Assembly: GCF_006345805.1 (NCBI RefSeq)
Contig: NC_043009.1
Location: forward strand, 27,590,001 to 27,654,000
Length of the DNA stretch: 64,000 nucleotides
DNA from: Octopus sinensis
Taxonomy: Eukaryota
Direction: 5' to 3'
Shown: piece by piece, positions 37,388-51,005 of the stretch
How positions within the stretch are numbered: position 1 is the first letter of the stretch
Layout of the letters: each line of letters begins with the position of its first letter
The notes under the pieces: model-generated
The model's database searches: none
What the model was told of the DNA's origin: nothing
Seen by the model: the letters and a program-made list of their open reading frames with translations, nothing else
Position numbers and translations under genes: made by a program

Positions 37388-37940
37388 CCAGGTAGTGGCT
37401 CTCATGGCTTCTGATCTTAACTGATTGGAAGTGTTTTCATGTACATATTTTGTCTTGCTATAAAAGATGGGCTACAGCAAATATTTTGCTCAATATCACA
37501 GATATCCTTGTCAGATGTTTGACCATAACAAGTTGAGCATGTCCCTTAGTGGTTGATGATATGATGTGTACATGTCTGATTACAACAAGAAGTAATGGGG
37601 AAGCATCATAGCCATGTTTCAAGTGGAATTCTTTGGGCTTGAATAATTCACCAGTAGAAACATAGGTGTTTCATTCATCATCTTATAAAGAGCCTTTAAA
37701 CTGTATGGGCTATTTAGCCTGAAGAAAATTGTAAATGAGCCCCCAGCTGCAAGGTCAGGTGCTGTTTATTTTGATATAAGATCACTATGTAGCTCACATA
37801 TGGTCATGATGCATGTACCTGGTGAACCCTTGTCAGATGGGTTGTCATGATGGGTATAATGGGCTCTGTATATTTGTACCTCAGTGTCACTTTGATGACA
37901 TGCACTGCTCTCTCACTCAGTAATAATAATAATAATAATG
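37388..37940 (+). mobile_element. Interspersed repeat with (AAT)n tail (family E; 3' piece also at about 3785-3942)
   Basis: Shared CATGATGGGTATA..GGGCT..GTATATTT.ACC.CAGTGTCACTTTGATG...CACTGCTCTCTCACTCA-(AAT)n. Confidence 0.55.
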
Positions 37941-38401
37941 ACATTAAGCCAATGATTATCATGAAATGAGAAATTAGAACAAATTTAAATAAAAAAACCA
38001 AGTATTTCTCAGCCATGCTTTTCATCTTCCATCTGCATTTTATTCTATCAAGTGTAGTAATTCAATAGTGAAATACATTTCCTCAGTCTTCAAAGTCCAG
38101 TTTACATTAAGCTAGTCTTTAACCAATACTTGAACGAATTACCAAAATATAAAGTCAGTTGTTTTTTTGTTTTTTTTTTGCATGTCTGGTGCATTTTGTT
38201 ATAGATTAATACTGCGTAGTTAGGCAGGAAATTGTAGTTTTTTTTTCCTCCTCGTTATTCTTTCTATTTTCTGAATGTTGCATAAAAGTCTGTTGCCAAA
38301 AATTCAATACTGACAACCTTTCCAGACATTTTGCATGTACCATTATTTTTGTTCTTTGTTGAGCGTTACCTACATATATTAATTTTTTAACTATAGTCAT
38401 T

Positions 38402-38403
38402 AC

Positions 38404-38499
<96 letters not shown>

Positions 38500-38504
38500 G
38501 TCTA

Positions 38505-38550
<46 letters not shown>

Positions 38551-38768
38551 GTCTGTCTGTGTGTCTGTCTGTGTGTCTGTCTGTCTGTGTGTCTGTCTGT
38601 GTGTCTGTCTGTGTGTCTGTCTGTCTGTGTGTCTGTCTGCCTGTCTGTGTGTCTGTCTGTCTGTTTGTCTGTCTGTCCTATCTATTTATCTGCCTGTCTG
38701 TGTGTCTGTCTAGTCATATACATATACAAGTATACATACACACACACACACACACACGCACACACACA

Positions 38769-38804
<36 letters not shown>

Positions 38805-38805
38805 A
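38402..38805. repeat. Graded compound microsatellite (TCTA)n to (TCTG)n to (TGTC/TGTGTC)n to (CA)n
   Basis: Directly visible. Confidence 0.95.
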
Positions 38806-39171
38806 TATGAAATAATGTTTTTGATGGTAGAACACATAGTAGGACCGGTAGATAAATCATACTGTGCAGAATCATCTGCTTTCCATGCTTGTACAGGTTG
38901 GACATTGGATGGAAAAATCAAAGGCTGCCAATGAGACCCAAACACATATCTTCTGTAAACATAACAGACGTTCTACCATTTTATCAAAGCAACCCTTTAA
39001 ACTTTCTCCTTCGATTTTAGCTGGTTTGTTGTTACCAGCAAGAATTGCATATTGTTTATGTCGTAGGAATTTGGACACTTTAAGAGATGTGAAATAAATC
39101 ATTTAAAGTCATGGACCACGAAGTAGATAAAGCTTTAATAGTGAGAACACTGGGTTAAAACCTCCTGAATG

Positions 39172-39204
<33 letters not shown>

Positions 39205-39213
<9 letters not shown>

Positions 39214-39580
39214 TCTTTTACTTGTTTCAGTCATGTGACTGTGGCCATGCTGGAGCACCGCCTTTAGTCAAGTAAATCGACCCCAGGACTTATTCTTTGT
39301 AAGCCTAGTACTTATTCTATCGGTCCCTTTTGCCAAACCGCTAAGTTACAGGGATATAAACACACCATCATCGGTTGTCAAACGATGTTGGGGGGACAAA
39401 CACAAACACATACACACATACATATATATATATATACATATATACGAAGGGCTTCTTTCAGTTTCCGTCGACCAAATCCACTCACAAGGCTTTGGTCGGC
39501 CCGAGGCTATAGTAGAAAACACTTGCCCAAGGTGCCACGCAGTGGGACTGAACTCGGAACCATGTGGTTGGTAAGCAAGT
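39205..39580 (-). mobile_element. SINE family B, full length
   Basis: Complete head and tail with many CpGs retained. Confidence 0.9.
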
Positions 39581-39588
39581 TATGTATG

Positions 39589-39620
<32 letters not shown>

Positions 39621-39939
39621 ATATATAAATGTATGTATGTATGTATCTCTCTCTTTCTCTCTCTCTCTCTATCTATTTATCTATGTATCTATATAAGTAT
39701 GTAATTGTTTTGGGGGAAAAAGATTAATTAGAAATCTCTCACAATATAGAGGATTGGAGTTACAGGTGCTCAAGAGTAACTTGAGACGAAAGATATATGT
39801 AATGTGAAGAAACAAAAGACCTGGTAATTCAATCCAGAAATTATATATTTGTATATATTATATATACATTTATATATGCATATGCATATATACACACCAC
39901 ATGTAACATGGTGGACTCTCATGTTGTAAATAACACATG

Positions 39940-40222
39940 AGGATGAGGATTCTGTAACTACTTGCTGAACAGCCTGTGCACATGATTTTGTTTCTAATGA
40001 TCAAATGTTTGTGATGTACATTAGTTCACTCCCTCAATCAAATCGACATTACCTGTACAGCTGCATGGTATGTCACACATCAGATGTTAAAGTGATTGCA
40101 GAGTAATGTGAAATGAAGTCTTCTGCTCAAGAACACAATGCATTATCTGGTCCAGTCCTGGAACTGAAACCATGATCATAAGACTCTGAGTGAAACATCC
40201 TAAACATTAGGGCATGTGACTC
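39940..40222 (-). mobile_element. tRNA-headed SINE family F (second copy about 55805-56082)
   Basis: Shared ATCAAATGTTTGT...ATCGACATTACCTGTACAG.TGCA...TGTGAAATGAAGT..TT.GCTCAAGAACACAA. Confidence 0.7.
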
Positions 40223-40248
40223 CACAGATATTTATATACATATAAGTA

Positions 40249-40290
<42 letters not shown>

Positions 40291-40474
40291 TATATATATA
40301 TGTATATATACATATATATACACACACACACATACATTCATATACATATATGTGTGTGGGTGTGTGTGTGTGTATGTATATATATATATATGTGTATGTG
40401 TATATATGTGTGTGTGTATATATATATATATGTGTGTGTATGTGTATATATGTGTGTGTGTGTATATATATCAT

Positions 40475-40940
40475 AGCCATGGCCAATACCAGTGCTGCAT
40501 AACTGGCCCGTTTAAATGTACCCTTTGGTTGTTGGGTAATATGCTGTGCTTGAGAAGACCTGTTGAGTCAAGTGAAATTGTAGTTGTGGCTGATTCCCGT
40601 GCTGGTGGCATGTAAAAGCACCATTTGAGCATGGTCAATGCCAGTTCCAACTGACTGACTTTTGTGCTGGTGGAACGTAAGAAGCACCATTCGAGCGGGT
40701 CAATGCCAGTGCTACCTGATTGGCTCTTGTGCTTGTGGCACGTAAAAAGCGCCCACTATGCTCTTGGAGTAGTTGGCGTTAGGAAGGGCATCCAGCTGTA
40801 AAAACCTTTCCAGATCAGATTGGAGCCTGGTGCAGCCTCCTGGTTTGCCAGTCCTCAGTCAAACCATCCATCCCATGCCAGCATGGAAAGTGGTGATAAA
40901 GGACGATGATGATGATGATGATGATGATGATAATGATGAT
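40475..40940 (+). mobile_element. RTE 3' UTR fragment with repeat units and (GAT)n tail
   Basis: Aligns to 44790-45393. Confidence 0.8.
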
Positions 40941-41494
40941 GATATCTATATATACACATATATATATTGAGAATTTTTTTATTACCAGAAGCTGTTAATC
41001 CATTCCTGTTGCAAGTTTTTTACAGATCAGTCAGACCAGTAAATATATATTAAAAAAAAAAGGACCGAGAAAAAGCAAAAAGAAAACAAGAATCATATTG
41101 CTATGTGGTAAAACTTAGTAATTGTAATCTTGTATATACTTCTGATAAGTGGTCGTTGCAGCCACATTAGAAGCAACCTCTAATTCTTCTTTTATTTCAT
41201 GTAATATATATATATATAGTAAGGTTTTATATTCTAGATTTCTGAGACCATTTTCTTTTTAGAGAGATTAAGATTTTAGGTCTGCGAAAACATAATTAGT
41301 ACCTACACACTCCCTGCCATTGTTGTAGCTAATACAGTAAACAATCTATCTTAGAGAAGGAATAATCAAGACAATTGTTTTGTTTATTTTTGTTTTGAAT
41401 GTTTTTTTTTTCTGTTTTAATGACTTTTTGGTTCTTAAATTTCTGTAACACAATACCAAGAGCGTCATCATAAACATACTTTGACATGGCAAGA

Positions 41495-41742
41495 TATATA
41501 TATATATATATATTTATATACACACACATATATATGTAAGTATGTATATAATCATCATCATCAATATGTATGTATATATATGTGTGTGTGTATGTATTTA
41601 TATATATATATATGTGTATATGTATGTGTGTGTAATGTGTATATATAAATATATATATGTAAACATATATATATATATGTATGTATATATGTATATATAT
41701 ATGTATATATATATACACACATATATATATATGTATATATGC

Positions 41743-41775
<33 letters not shown>

Positions 41776-41905
41776 ATATTATATATATGCATATGCATAT
41801 ATGCATATATATATATATATATATAATATATATATATATTATACACATACATTAGTAAGACTTATTTCTGCAAATGTTACCCAATGTACTTGTTTTACAT
41901 TTTTC

Positions 41906-41955
<50 letters not shown>
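41495..41955. repeat. (TA)-rich compound microsatellite plus (TAT)n
   Basis: Directly visible. Confidence 0.95.
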
Positions 41956-42200
41956 GTTTTTCTTTTACACTCCCCATTTCCTTTCTGTTTTCTAACAATC
42001 TTTTCTTGAAAGATTCTCATCGATTTCTTTGCCGATGAAGGAAAAGAAAAAGAAAAAAAACAAAGCGAAATAAAACAAAAGAAAACTAACAACCTTTTTC
42101 TCTGTGTTTTAGGTTTTTCTCATTTTTATCTTATCTTGCCAAATGCTTTTTCTTGTCCTCCTACCACAACCTGACAGAAACTAACATAATCAATGAATAC

Positions 42201-42257
42201 TTGTAGTGTTTTATTTTTCACATGAAAAGCACCAAAGACAAAAATCTTTTGCTGTAT
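42201..42257 (-). CDS. Candidate 57-nt phase 0-0 exon (IQQKIFVFGAFHVKNKTLQ)
   Basis: Long pyrimidine tract ending gggtttag; CAA|gtattc donor. Confidence 0.25.
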
Positions 42258-42485
42258 CTAAACCCAAAAAAAAAAGAAAAATAAACAAATAATAAAAAAT
42301 AAGAATAATAAATAAATAAAGAGAAATAAACCCAAAGAGAATAATAATAACAATAATGTTGATGATGAAGATGATGATGAAAATGATGAAAATGATGATG
42401 ATGCCGATAATAATAATTATAATAATAATAATATACATTTCTTCCTGCTGTGCATTTTCATGTACACACATTGCTCTGCTCTATA

Positions 42486-42518
<33 letters not shown>

Positions 42519-42699
42519 ATTCTTCTCTTGTTTGTTGCAGCAGAAAAAGAAATATTAATATAAACTAAACACTGTCTATTTCTGACTGAGTTTGCCAAAA
42601 CAATTTAACATTATAAATAATTGTTTGAATAGTTCATTAATTCATTGTTTTGTTTTTATCATATATATATATTTATATATATATATATATGCATATATT

Positions 42700-42739
<40 letters not shown>

Positions 42740-43729
42740 TATATATATATTTTCAGTTGTTTGTTGCTTGCATTATCAGATATGATACTTAAGCTAACGA
42801 TACACCCAATATCATGAATATCTTATATTTTCATTTATATGTATATGTGTGTGTGTATAAATGCGAGTTGTTGTGAAGCTCCTGAACAGCAAGAAACCTG
42901 CTTTATTCTTGCTTCTTTTCTCATATTTGAACCACTCATTTCCTTGCATAAAATCTCCCTTCCTTCAGGGTCATTAGCTTTGCAGGCCTTGTAGTGATCT
43001 CCCTAGATCTAGAGGCATGAAAAATGCACCCAGTACACACTGTGAAGTGGTTGACAGTAGAAAGGGCGTCCAACCATTGAAGCTATAGCAAAGCAGACAC
43101 CAGGGCATATTGTAGATCCTGGACTCATTGGATCTTGTGAAACTGTTCAAACCATGCCAGCTTGGAAAAGGAACATTAAATGATGACAATGAGGATGATG
43201 ATGAACACTACCAGAAGATTTGTTAACTGGTATGCATAGTATTAAATGTTCAATGTATATTTTCAATTTTGTTTAATATATATTTTATTATACTGGAATT
43301 TCTGAGCTTAATGTATCAGGGCAATTATATCCCAGTCCTCCAAAGAAAAAAAAAAAAAACAACAGTCAGGGTTTTCAATATATTCTATATAAAGCCTGTT
43401 GATTTTAGAAGTTGAAGAGTATAATTAATGTAATTAAAACTAATGAAAAAAATATAAAACACAGGAAAAACAAATTTTAACAAACAAAGGGAGGGGAGCT
43501 AAATTAATTAAAGTTGAGTTGGGTTCAATTAAAAGCAAAACGAACAAATTAGTATTTATTGTAATCACAGCATCCTTGATATACAAAGATAAAAAAAAAC
43601 TGAATAGGATCTAGATTTGTATGTGATAATAGATTAAGTGAAATTTAATCTACACAACAAAAATGATCTATATGTTATAAATTTCCTTTTGCTGTTATTA
43701 AGTGCTGTTAAATTCTAAAGTATTAACAG

Positions 43730-43788
43730 GAAGATAGCATCAAAAAGAAAAAAAATAATTTTTTTATAAACAAACTGAAAAGTACCAG
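43730..43788 (+). CDS. Candidate 59-nt exon (EDSIKKKKNNFFINKLKST)
   Basis: tattaacag acceptor and CAG|gtgagt donor; single open frame. Confidence 0.3.
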
Positions 43789-43924
43789 GTGAGTTGGTAT
43801 TTCACAGAATATAAGGGAAATATTAAACACATTCTGTGGAAACAGTTTAGAAGATTGGGTAAATACCTGTAGAAGATGGGAAAAGTGGTTAGCTGTTTTT
43901 ATGTATATATTTATATATATAGAT

Positions 43925-44232
43925 AAAGACACCCTTCGATCTTGAATGACCATGGGATTGCACCTAGGAAGTTACCCTCCAAGGCACAAGTCCGAACAAG
44001 GTTGTTTATGGAAGACCAGCAGTTCTCCACAGCACCGATGTCCAATGGAAAGGCTAAGGCCAATACAGCTTGGCAGCAGCAATGCTGCAGCTCATTTCTA
44101 TAGCTGAGGGAACTGGAGAAATGTGAAATAAAGTGTCTTGCCTAAGAACACAACAGACAGCCCGGCCCAGGAATCAAACACACCACCTCATGATTGTGAG
44201 CACAACGCTGTAACCACTGGTCATGTGCCTTC
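43925..44232 (-). mobile_element. tRNA-headed SINE sharing the family A head with a different body
   Basis: GTGAAATAAAGTGTCTTGCCTAAGAACACAAC...TAACCACTGGTCATGTGCCTTCA. Confidence 0.65.
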
Positions 44233-44448
44233 ATATATATGTATACGCACACACAATGCATTTTAAATTCACTCACAAGCGATTAGTCAGCCTGGGGCTA
44301 TAGTAGAAGATACTAATTCAAGGTGCTGTGCTGTCAGATTGAACTTCAAACTATGCAGCTGCAAAGTGAGCCTCTTAACCACACAGCCATACCTGTTATA
44401 TATATATACTAGCTTCAGGCTAGCATACATAAATATACATATATATAT

Positions 44449-45393
44449 GAAGCTAGTATGTCTGCTGGATGTGTAATGTCAGTATGCATACACGACAGAG
44501 TGTAAGTGCCTGGAGAGAAAAGGTGTATGTAAGAAGCACCAAGTGTGGTGTGCAAGAGAGACGACTGCGCTGGTATGGTCATGTGTTACATATGGATGAG
44601 GACAGGTGTGTGAGGAAGTGTCACATTCTAACTGTGGAAGGAACTTGTGGAAGAGGTAGACTCAGGAAGATTTGGGATGAGGTGGTGAAGCATGACCTTC
44701 AAAAGTTGGGCCTCACAGAGGCAATGACAGGAGACCGAGACCTTTGGAGATATGTGGTGATTGAGAAGACCTGGCAACTAAAGTGAGATCACAGCCATAG
44801 TCGATGCCATTGTTGCATGTTCAGCCCATTTAAAAGTGCCCTTGATGTGTCAGGCGATATGATATGCTTGAGAAGGCTTGTCCAATCAAGTAAAACCAAA
44901 ATCGTAGCTGTGGCCAGTGTCCTCTGACTGGCTCCCATGCTGGTGGCAGGTAAAAAGCACCATCTGAAAGTGATCGATGCCAGTGCCCCTGACTGGCTCC
45001 TGTGCTGGTGGCACGTAAAAAGCACTATCTGAATGTGCTTGATGCCAGGATTGCCTGACTGGCTCCCATGCCGGTGGAGCGTAAAAAGCACCATCCAAAC
45101 ATGGCCGATGCCAGTTCCCCCTGACTGGCTCCCGTGCCGGTGGCACGTAAAAAGCACTATCTAAATGTGATCAATGCGAGGACCACCTGACTGGCTCTTC
45201 TGCCAGTAGCACGTAAAAAGTACCCACTACACTCTTGGAGTGGTTGGCATTAGGAAAGGCATCCAGCTGTAGAAACATTGCCAGGTCAGATTGGAGCCTG
45301 ATGCAGCCTTCTGGCTTTCCAGACATCAGTCAGACTGTCCAACCCATACCAGCATGGAAAGCAGACGTTAAACGATGATGATAATGATGATTA
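44449..45393 (+). mobile_element. 5'-truncated RTE-clade LINE (ORF2 C-terminus 44469-44786, tandemly repeated 3' UTR, (GAT)n tail)
   Basis: ERRLRWYGHVLHM...GTCGRGRLRKIWDEVVKHDL...DRDLWR is the characteristic RTE reverse-transcriptase C-terminal region. Confidence 0.9.
44905..45230 (+). repeat. About five 65-66-bp tandem units in the RTE 3' UTR
   Basis: CTGACTGGCTCCYRTGCYGGTGGCACGTAAAAAGCAC-like unit repeated. Confidence 0.9.
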
Positions 45394-45396
45394 TTA

Positions 45397-45442
<46 letters not shown>

Positions 45443-45453
45443 TATATACATAC

Positions 45454-45485
<32 letters not shown>

Positions 45486-46007
45486 ATGTAAAAAGATTTA
45501 TTTAATGATTTTTGCTTTTCTCACATAATATTTACTCCTCTCAGGAAAGATAACAGTATGCTTGGTAGTAGGGAACTGGTGTTAGTATTGTTGATGGTCA
45601 GACTAATTTCTTATTTATATATTATTTGTGTTATTATTATTTTATTTAATTTATCTAGCTATCTATCAATATTTTTTTTTTTTTTGGCAGCCAAAACACT
45701 GTTGAAATTTAATACAGATTTAAACAGACTTAGATATATTCTGCCATTGACTCGAACTGATACTAACGCTATTGATCAGAAACGACAATTATAACGACTG
45801 GTCGAGGATATTATATTGAGCAGAACAACAATAAAATTAAATGTTTAATTTACTGGGACAGACAACACCCCGCTGCCGACCCCTGCCAACCCCTGCCACC
45901 GCTCAATAAACCCAAAATAAGTCAATCACTCTTTTATTATTTTTTATCTATGATTCTGTTGTGTATGTGGGTGTATGTGTGTGTGTGTTAGTGGGTGTAT
46001 GTATATG

Positions 46008-46038
<31 letters not shown>

Positions 46039-46089
46039 GTATATGTATATATATATGTTTATATTCATATACATATTATATATATGCAT

Positions 46090-46145
<56 letters not shown>

Positions 46146-46327
46146 GAGAGAGAGAGAGAGAAAATAGTAAAAAGTGAAAAAACTACAGAAGGCTTGTTTT
46201 AAAAGGTTAAAATATATATATATATGCATATATATATATATAATATATATATATATATATAGAAGTATATATATATATATACACACATACCCAGACATAG
46301 ATACACACATCCACACACACACACACA

Positions 46328-46367
<40 letters not shown>

Positions 46368-46904
46368 CACACAGATGTACACGTTTATATTTGTAAAACA
46401 GATTAAAAACACGAACAATTGATAAATGTTCTGATGTTTTTTTATGTGGAGATGTTTTGATTGTAAATATTCTGGTATCTGCCACAAATTTATGAAGGTA
46501 GATGTATGGAAGAGTGGAAAACGGGTGAAGAAATGGTGCCAACTGTTAGAACTATTACAACATTGGATATGTCTTGCAGTCAGTATTAGTTCTAGTTCTC
46601 TATGCCCTGAGTTCAAATCCCGCCATGGTCAGCTTTGTCTTTCATTCTTTCGATGTTAGTACTCAATTCTGTCAGCTTACTGCTTTTATTGGTTTCAAAG
46701 TTTGGCACCAGGCCAGCAATTTTGTAGGAGAGGATAAGTTGATTATATCAACCCCAGTGCATAACTTGTACTCATTTTATTGGTACTCCGGAAGGCAAAG
46801 TCCACCTTGGCAGAATTTGAACACAAAATGTAAAGACAAGTGAAATGCTCATTATTTACATTATTTACATTTGAAGGATATCTGTCCTCATCTTGTTTGT
46901 TGTT

Positions 46905-46950
46905 AACACAATTTTTCGGCTGATATACTCTCCAGCCTTCATCAGGTGTC
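46905..46950 (-). ncRNA. Type I hammerhead motif, stem III damaged
   Basis: GACAC CTGATGA A GGCTG GAGAGTATAT CAGCC GAAA AA TT GTGTT. Confidence 0.7.
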
Positions 46951-47001
46951 TTGGGGAAATTCCGAACCTGGGTTCTCATTCCTAAGGCATTTTTGATGTT
47001 G

Positions 47002-47106
<105 letters not shown>

Positions 47107-47123
47107 GTAGTAGTAGTAGTAGT

Positions 47124-47199
47124 ATTCAGGTCCCTGCTTGGAATCGAACTTGGAATCTTGGGGTTAGTAGCCCGCGCTCTTAACCACTACTCCATATGC
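47124..47199 (-). promoter_or_regulatory. tRNA-like head with Pol III A and B boxes
   Basis: TGGAGTAGTGG A-box, AGTTCGATTCC B-box, anticodon-like arm GGG-CTACTAA-CCC. Confidence 0.7.
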
Positions 47200-47200
47200 T

Positions 47201-47241
47201 CTGATGAAGGCTGGAGGGTATATCAGCTGAAACATTATGTT
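47201..47241 (+). ncRNA. Truncated hammerhead motif lacking its native stem I 5' strand
   Basis: CTGATGA A GGCTG GAGGGTATAT CAGCT GAAA CA TT ATGTT. Confidence 0.6.
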
Positions 47242-47844
47242 AACAACAAACAAGATGAGGGCACATATATCCGTCAAATGTAAATAATGTAAATAATGTA
47301 CATAATTCCTCATCTCTTAGATATAGAACCAGGTGAAATGCTGTTCTGTATTTTGCCTTGAGTACTAATGATCCTGCCAGCTCAGTGCCTTACCATATTC
47401 TGATACTGCAATAGATAAGCAGCAGCTGGTGAATGGGATTCCTGGATTAGGGACCTTGGATTCAATTTGTTCTAGTACAAGGGATTGCGAAATACTGGTA
47501 AGCCAAAAGATCTCATGATAACAACGAGAGAGTTAATCTTACTATCTTATATGAAGAATGGGTAGAGAAAAATGATATAATATTTGAAATTTTAAAACAA
47601 CATGAAATGGTTTGGCTGCAGTTTTGGAAGAAAAACATTGATTTAGAATAAACAAAGTGAATGTGATGTAAAAAAATGTGCTTAATGGATCACGGAGTTG
47701 CACAAAGAAATATGTAGAAGAAGGAAACGGATGCAGAGATATGAGAGAGAGGAGGAGATAAAGGAAAGAAAGGAAGTGGTTTAGAGGAAATGAGTGGGGA
47801 GTGGGATGCGGTAGATGCATGGGGAGGCAGAGAAATAGAGAGAA

Positions 47845-47877
<33 letters not shown>

Positions 47878-48879
47878 GGGAGTAAAGGAAGATAAAAGAT
47901 GAGACAAAAAAAATAAAGACAGACGGAGAATAAGATGAGGGAAAACGGTAGATGAAATCAAAACAATCTATAAAAGAAAGAGTAAGAAAAGAGAAAAACG
48001 AAAGAGCAAAGGAAAGAATGAGAGAGAAAGAGAGAAATAAAAGTGAGACTCAGAGAGAGAGAGAGAGGCATAGAAAGGGAGAACAGAAGAAAGAGAGTAA
48101 GTAAGTGAAAAATATCAAGAGATAAATAGCTAAGATGGAGTAAGCTATTCAGTTTATTTGAAGAATCTTTCTATTGTTTTCTTAACAATGCAGATATTTC
48201 TTGTTCCAGAGGAATCATATAAAAATACTCGTTTGTGCTTCTTGTCTTATCAAGACTGATAGTTGTACATGGTACTGCTTAATGCAACATGCATAAGTCA
48301 CAGATTGCAATTCTAGAACTGACATCTTTATTGATGTGGAATAATTTTCCCAATGTAAATGGTAAAGAATATTCCACAAGACATTTTCTCTGTGTGTATA
48401 TGACATCACACCAACATGCTATATGGCTTGAAAGAATGGCAATAAAAAAATTTAGAGGCTCCATGTCAAAATATTAAATATACAGTCATGTTCGGTGTAA
48501 TCTTTATCCCTGCAAATACATAGTCACACGTATGAAATCACGTATTGATTTGTGTGTGTATGTGTGTGTGTGTGTGTGTGCGTGTGTGTGCACATTCATA
48601 TGTATGAATGCATGGATACACACTGCGAAGACATGCATCAATGACTTGCTACGTATACTGTGCAGCGTGTCAGAAACAATACTAGTGATATGTAAACTTC
48701 TTGAACACAGTTTATTCTGTGAGGTACATAAATACATACATGCATACATATATAATCATCATCATCATTTAACGTCTGTTTTCCATGCTAGCATGGGTTC
48801 GGCGATTTGACTGAGGTCTGGCGAACCAGACACCAATTTGATCTAGCAGAGTTTCCATATATATATATATGTATATATA

Positions 48880-49401
48880 TACACATGCACACACGCACAC
48901 ATACACACATACAGATGTATACTTATGTGCATACATACATATGCATATATATACTTAAATACACACACATATATATGAATATACATAAATATATACATCT
49001 ATATATGTGTGTGAGCATATATATATATATGTGTGTGTGTGTGTATGTGTGTGCATGTGTTGCTTTCTGTCAGTCTGTCTATCTATCTATTTATTTTAAT
49101 GTCATATACTTGCAAACACACACACACATGTGCATGCATATGCACACACATACAGATGTATACTTACATGTATTCATACATATGCATATATATACTTATA
49201 TATACACACTCACACATATGAATATATATATACACATCTATATATGTGTATGAGCATATATATATGTGTGTGTGTGTGTGTGTACTCTTGTCTGTGTGTA
49301 TGTGTGTATGTGTGCATGTGTTTCTCTGTTTCTGTCAGTCACTCTGTCTATCTATCTATTTTAAAGTTACATACTTGCACACACACACACACACACACAT
49401 G
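48880..49401 (+). repeat. Tandem duplication of a 240-270-bp microsatellite-rich block
   Basis: Anchors ACACACATACAGATGTATACTTA, TTTCTGTCAGTC and ATACTTGCA each occur twice in the same order. Confidence 0.8.
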
Positions 49402-49529
49402 TATCGGATGATATTTTTTAAAATACGACTACATTTTTGTATAGAGGAGGGAATTCAGTGTAGTTATTCTGGTCAAATTATAGCAACAGAGGAAAATGAA
49501 ATGAGGATCATGAAGACAATCTCAAAGAC

Positions 49530-49634
49530 TACAATGCTGATGATGACAATGATGATGATGATGATGATGACAATGATGACGATGATGACACTACAACGAT
49601 GATGGCTATGATAACCGTAATGATGATGATAATA

Positions 49635-49682
<48 letters not shown>

Positions 49683-49720
49683 TTGGAGATGATGATGATG
49701 ACAATAACGATGATGATGAA
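49530..49720. repeat. (GAT)n microsatellite
   Basis: Directly visible. Confidence 0.95.
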
Positions 49721-50094
49721 TACAACTAGACTTAGAAGATTTATCAGAAAATTGCTGCTAAATTCTTTAATAAAGAATTCTTTTGTCACCTGTGGAGCAC
49801 ACTGATATATTGCTTTAGATATTACATCAGAAATTTATCAAAAATAAAAGGAAAAAATCATTATAAATAAATACATACCTACATACATACTTACATACAT
49901 GCATGCATACATACATACATACATACATACATACATACATACATGTGAATGTGTATTATATTATATATACTATGCATATTATATGTATTATATATGATAT
50001 ATAATGATATTAAATGCGTATGTATTTATTTATAAATATATGTGTATTTATACATGCATATATAAGATAATATATATATAAATATATACACATT

Positions 50095-50159
<65 letters not shown>

Positions 50160-50477
50160 TCATAAGAAAAATTCAACTTGAGATCACTTATGAAAAATAT
50201 CTCTGAAATTTAATTTAATCATTTTGTAAGAGACTGAAATTAAAAGAAAAACATTAAAACTAAAATATTCACTTTAGAAAGTTACTTTAAGAATTAAAAA
50301 AAATGAAAAACTCGTTATATAAAATTATAATAAAACTTAATAAATATTTAATTTACTTCTCACTTAAAGTCACAGATGAGAGTGTGTCATTTAAAAGTAA
50401 CGTATCTTGTGTTGACAATATGAATTGTATAATTCATGGCTGGCTTTTGTATACTCTTGAAGTTTTTCTGCTAATAT

Positions 50478-50645
50478 AGGTGCAGGTGTGGCTGTGTGGT
50501 AAAGAGCTTGCTTTCCAACCACATGGTTCTGAGTTGAGACCCATGGTTTGACACCTTGGGCAAGTGTCTTCTGCTACAACCTCTGTCTAACCAATGTATC
50601 TTGTGAGTGGATTTGATATACAGAGATGGAAAAAAAAACCTGTCG

Positions 50646-50691
<46 letters not shown>

Positions 50692-51005
50692 CATACATAC
50701 ATATATACATATATATATATACATATATATATACATATATATACATACATATATATACATATATATACATATATATATATATGTATATATTTATGTGTCT
50801 TTGTGTCTACGTTTGTCCTCACTACCATCACTTGACAACCAATGTTGGTGTTTTTATGTCTTTGTGGTTTGGCAAAAGAGACCACTTGAATAAGTAGGAG
50901 TCTTAAAAAGAAAAACCAGTACTGAGGTTGATTCATTTAACTAAAAATTCTTGAAGGTGGTGCCCCAGCATGGCCACAGTTTAATGACTGAAATAAATTA
51001 ATAGA
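50478..51005 (+). mobile_element. SINE family B with an expanded internal (TA)/(CATA) tract of about 150 bp
   Basis: Head 50478-50645, microsatellite about 50646-50795, tail to about 51005. Confidence 0.85.

Noticed and set aside
39765-39805. CTCAAGA..GAAA resembling a hammerhead core
   Set aside because: G5 is missing, stem II has only 2 bp, and there is no stem I or III.
47124-47199. Functional tRNA gene
   Set aside because: The acceptor and T stems do not pair and it runs into a microsatellite; treated as a SINE-type head.
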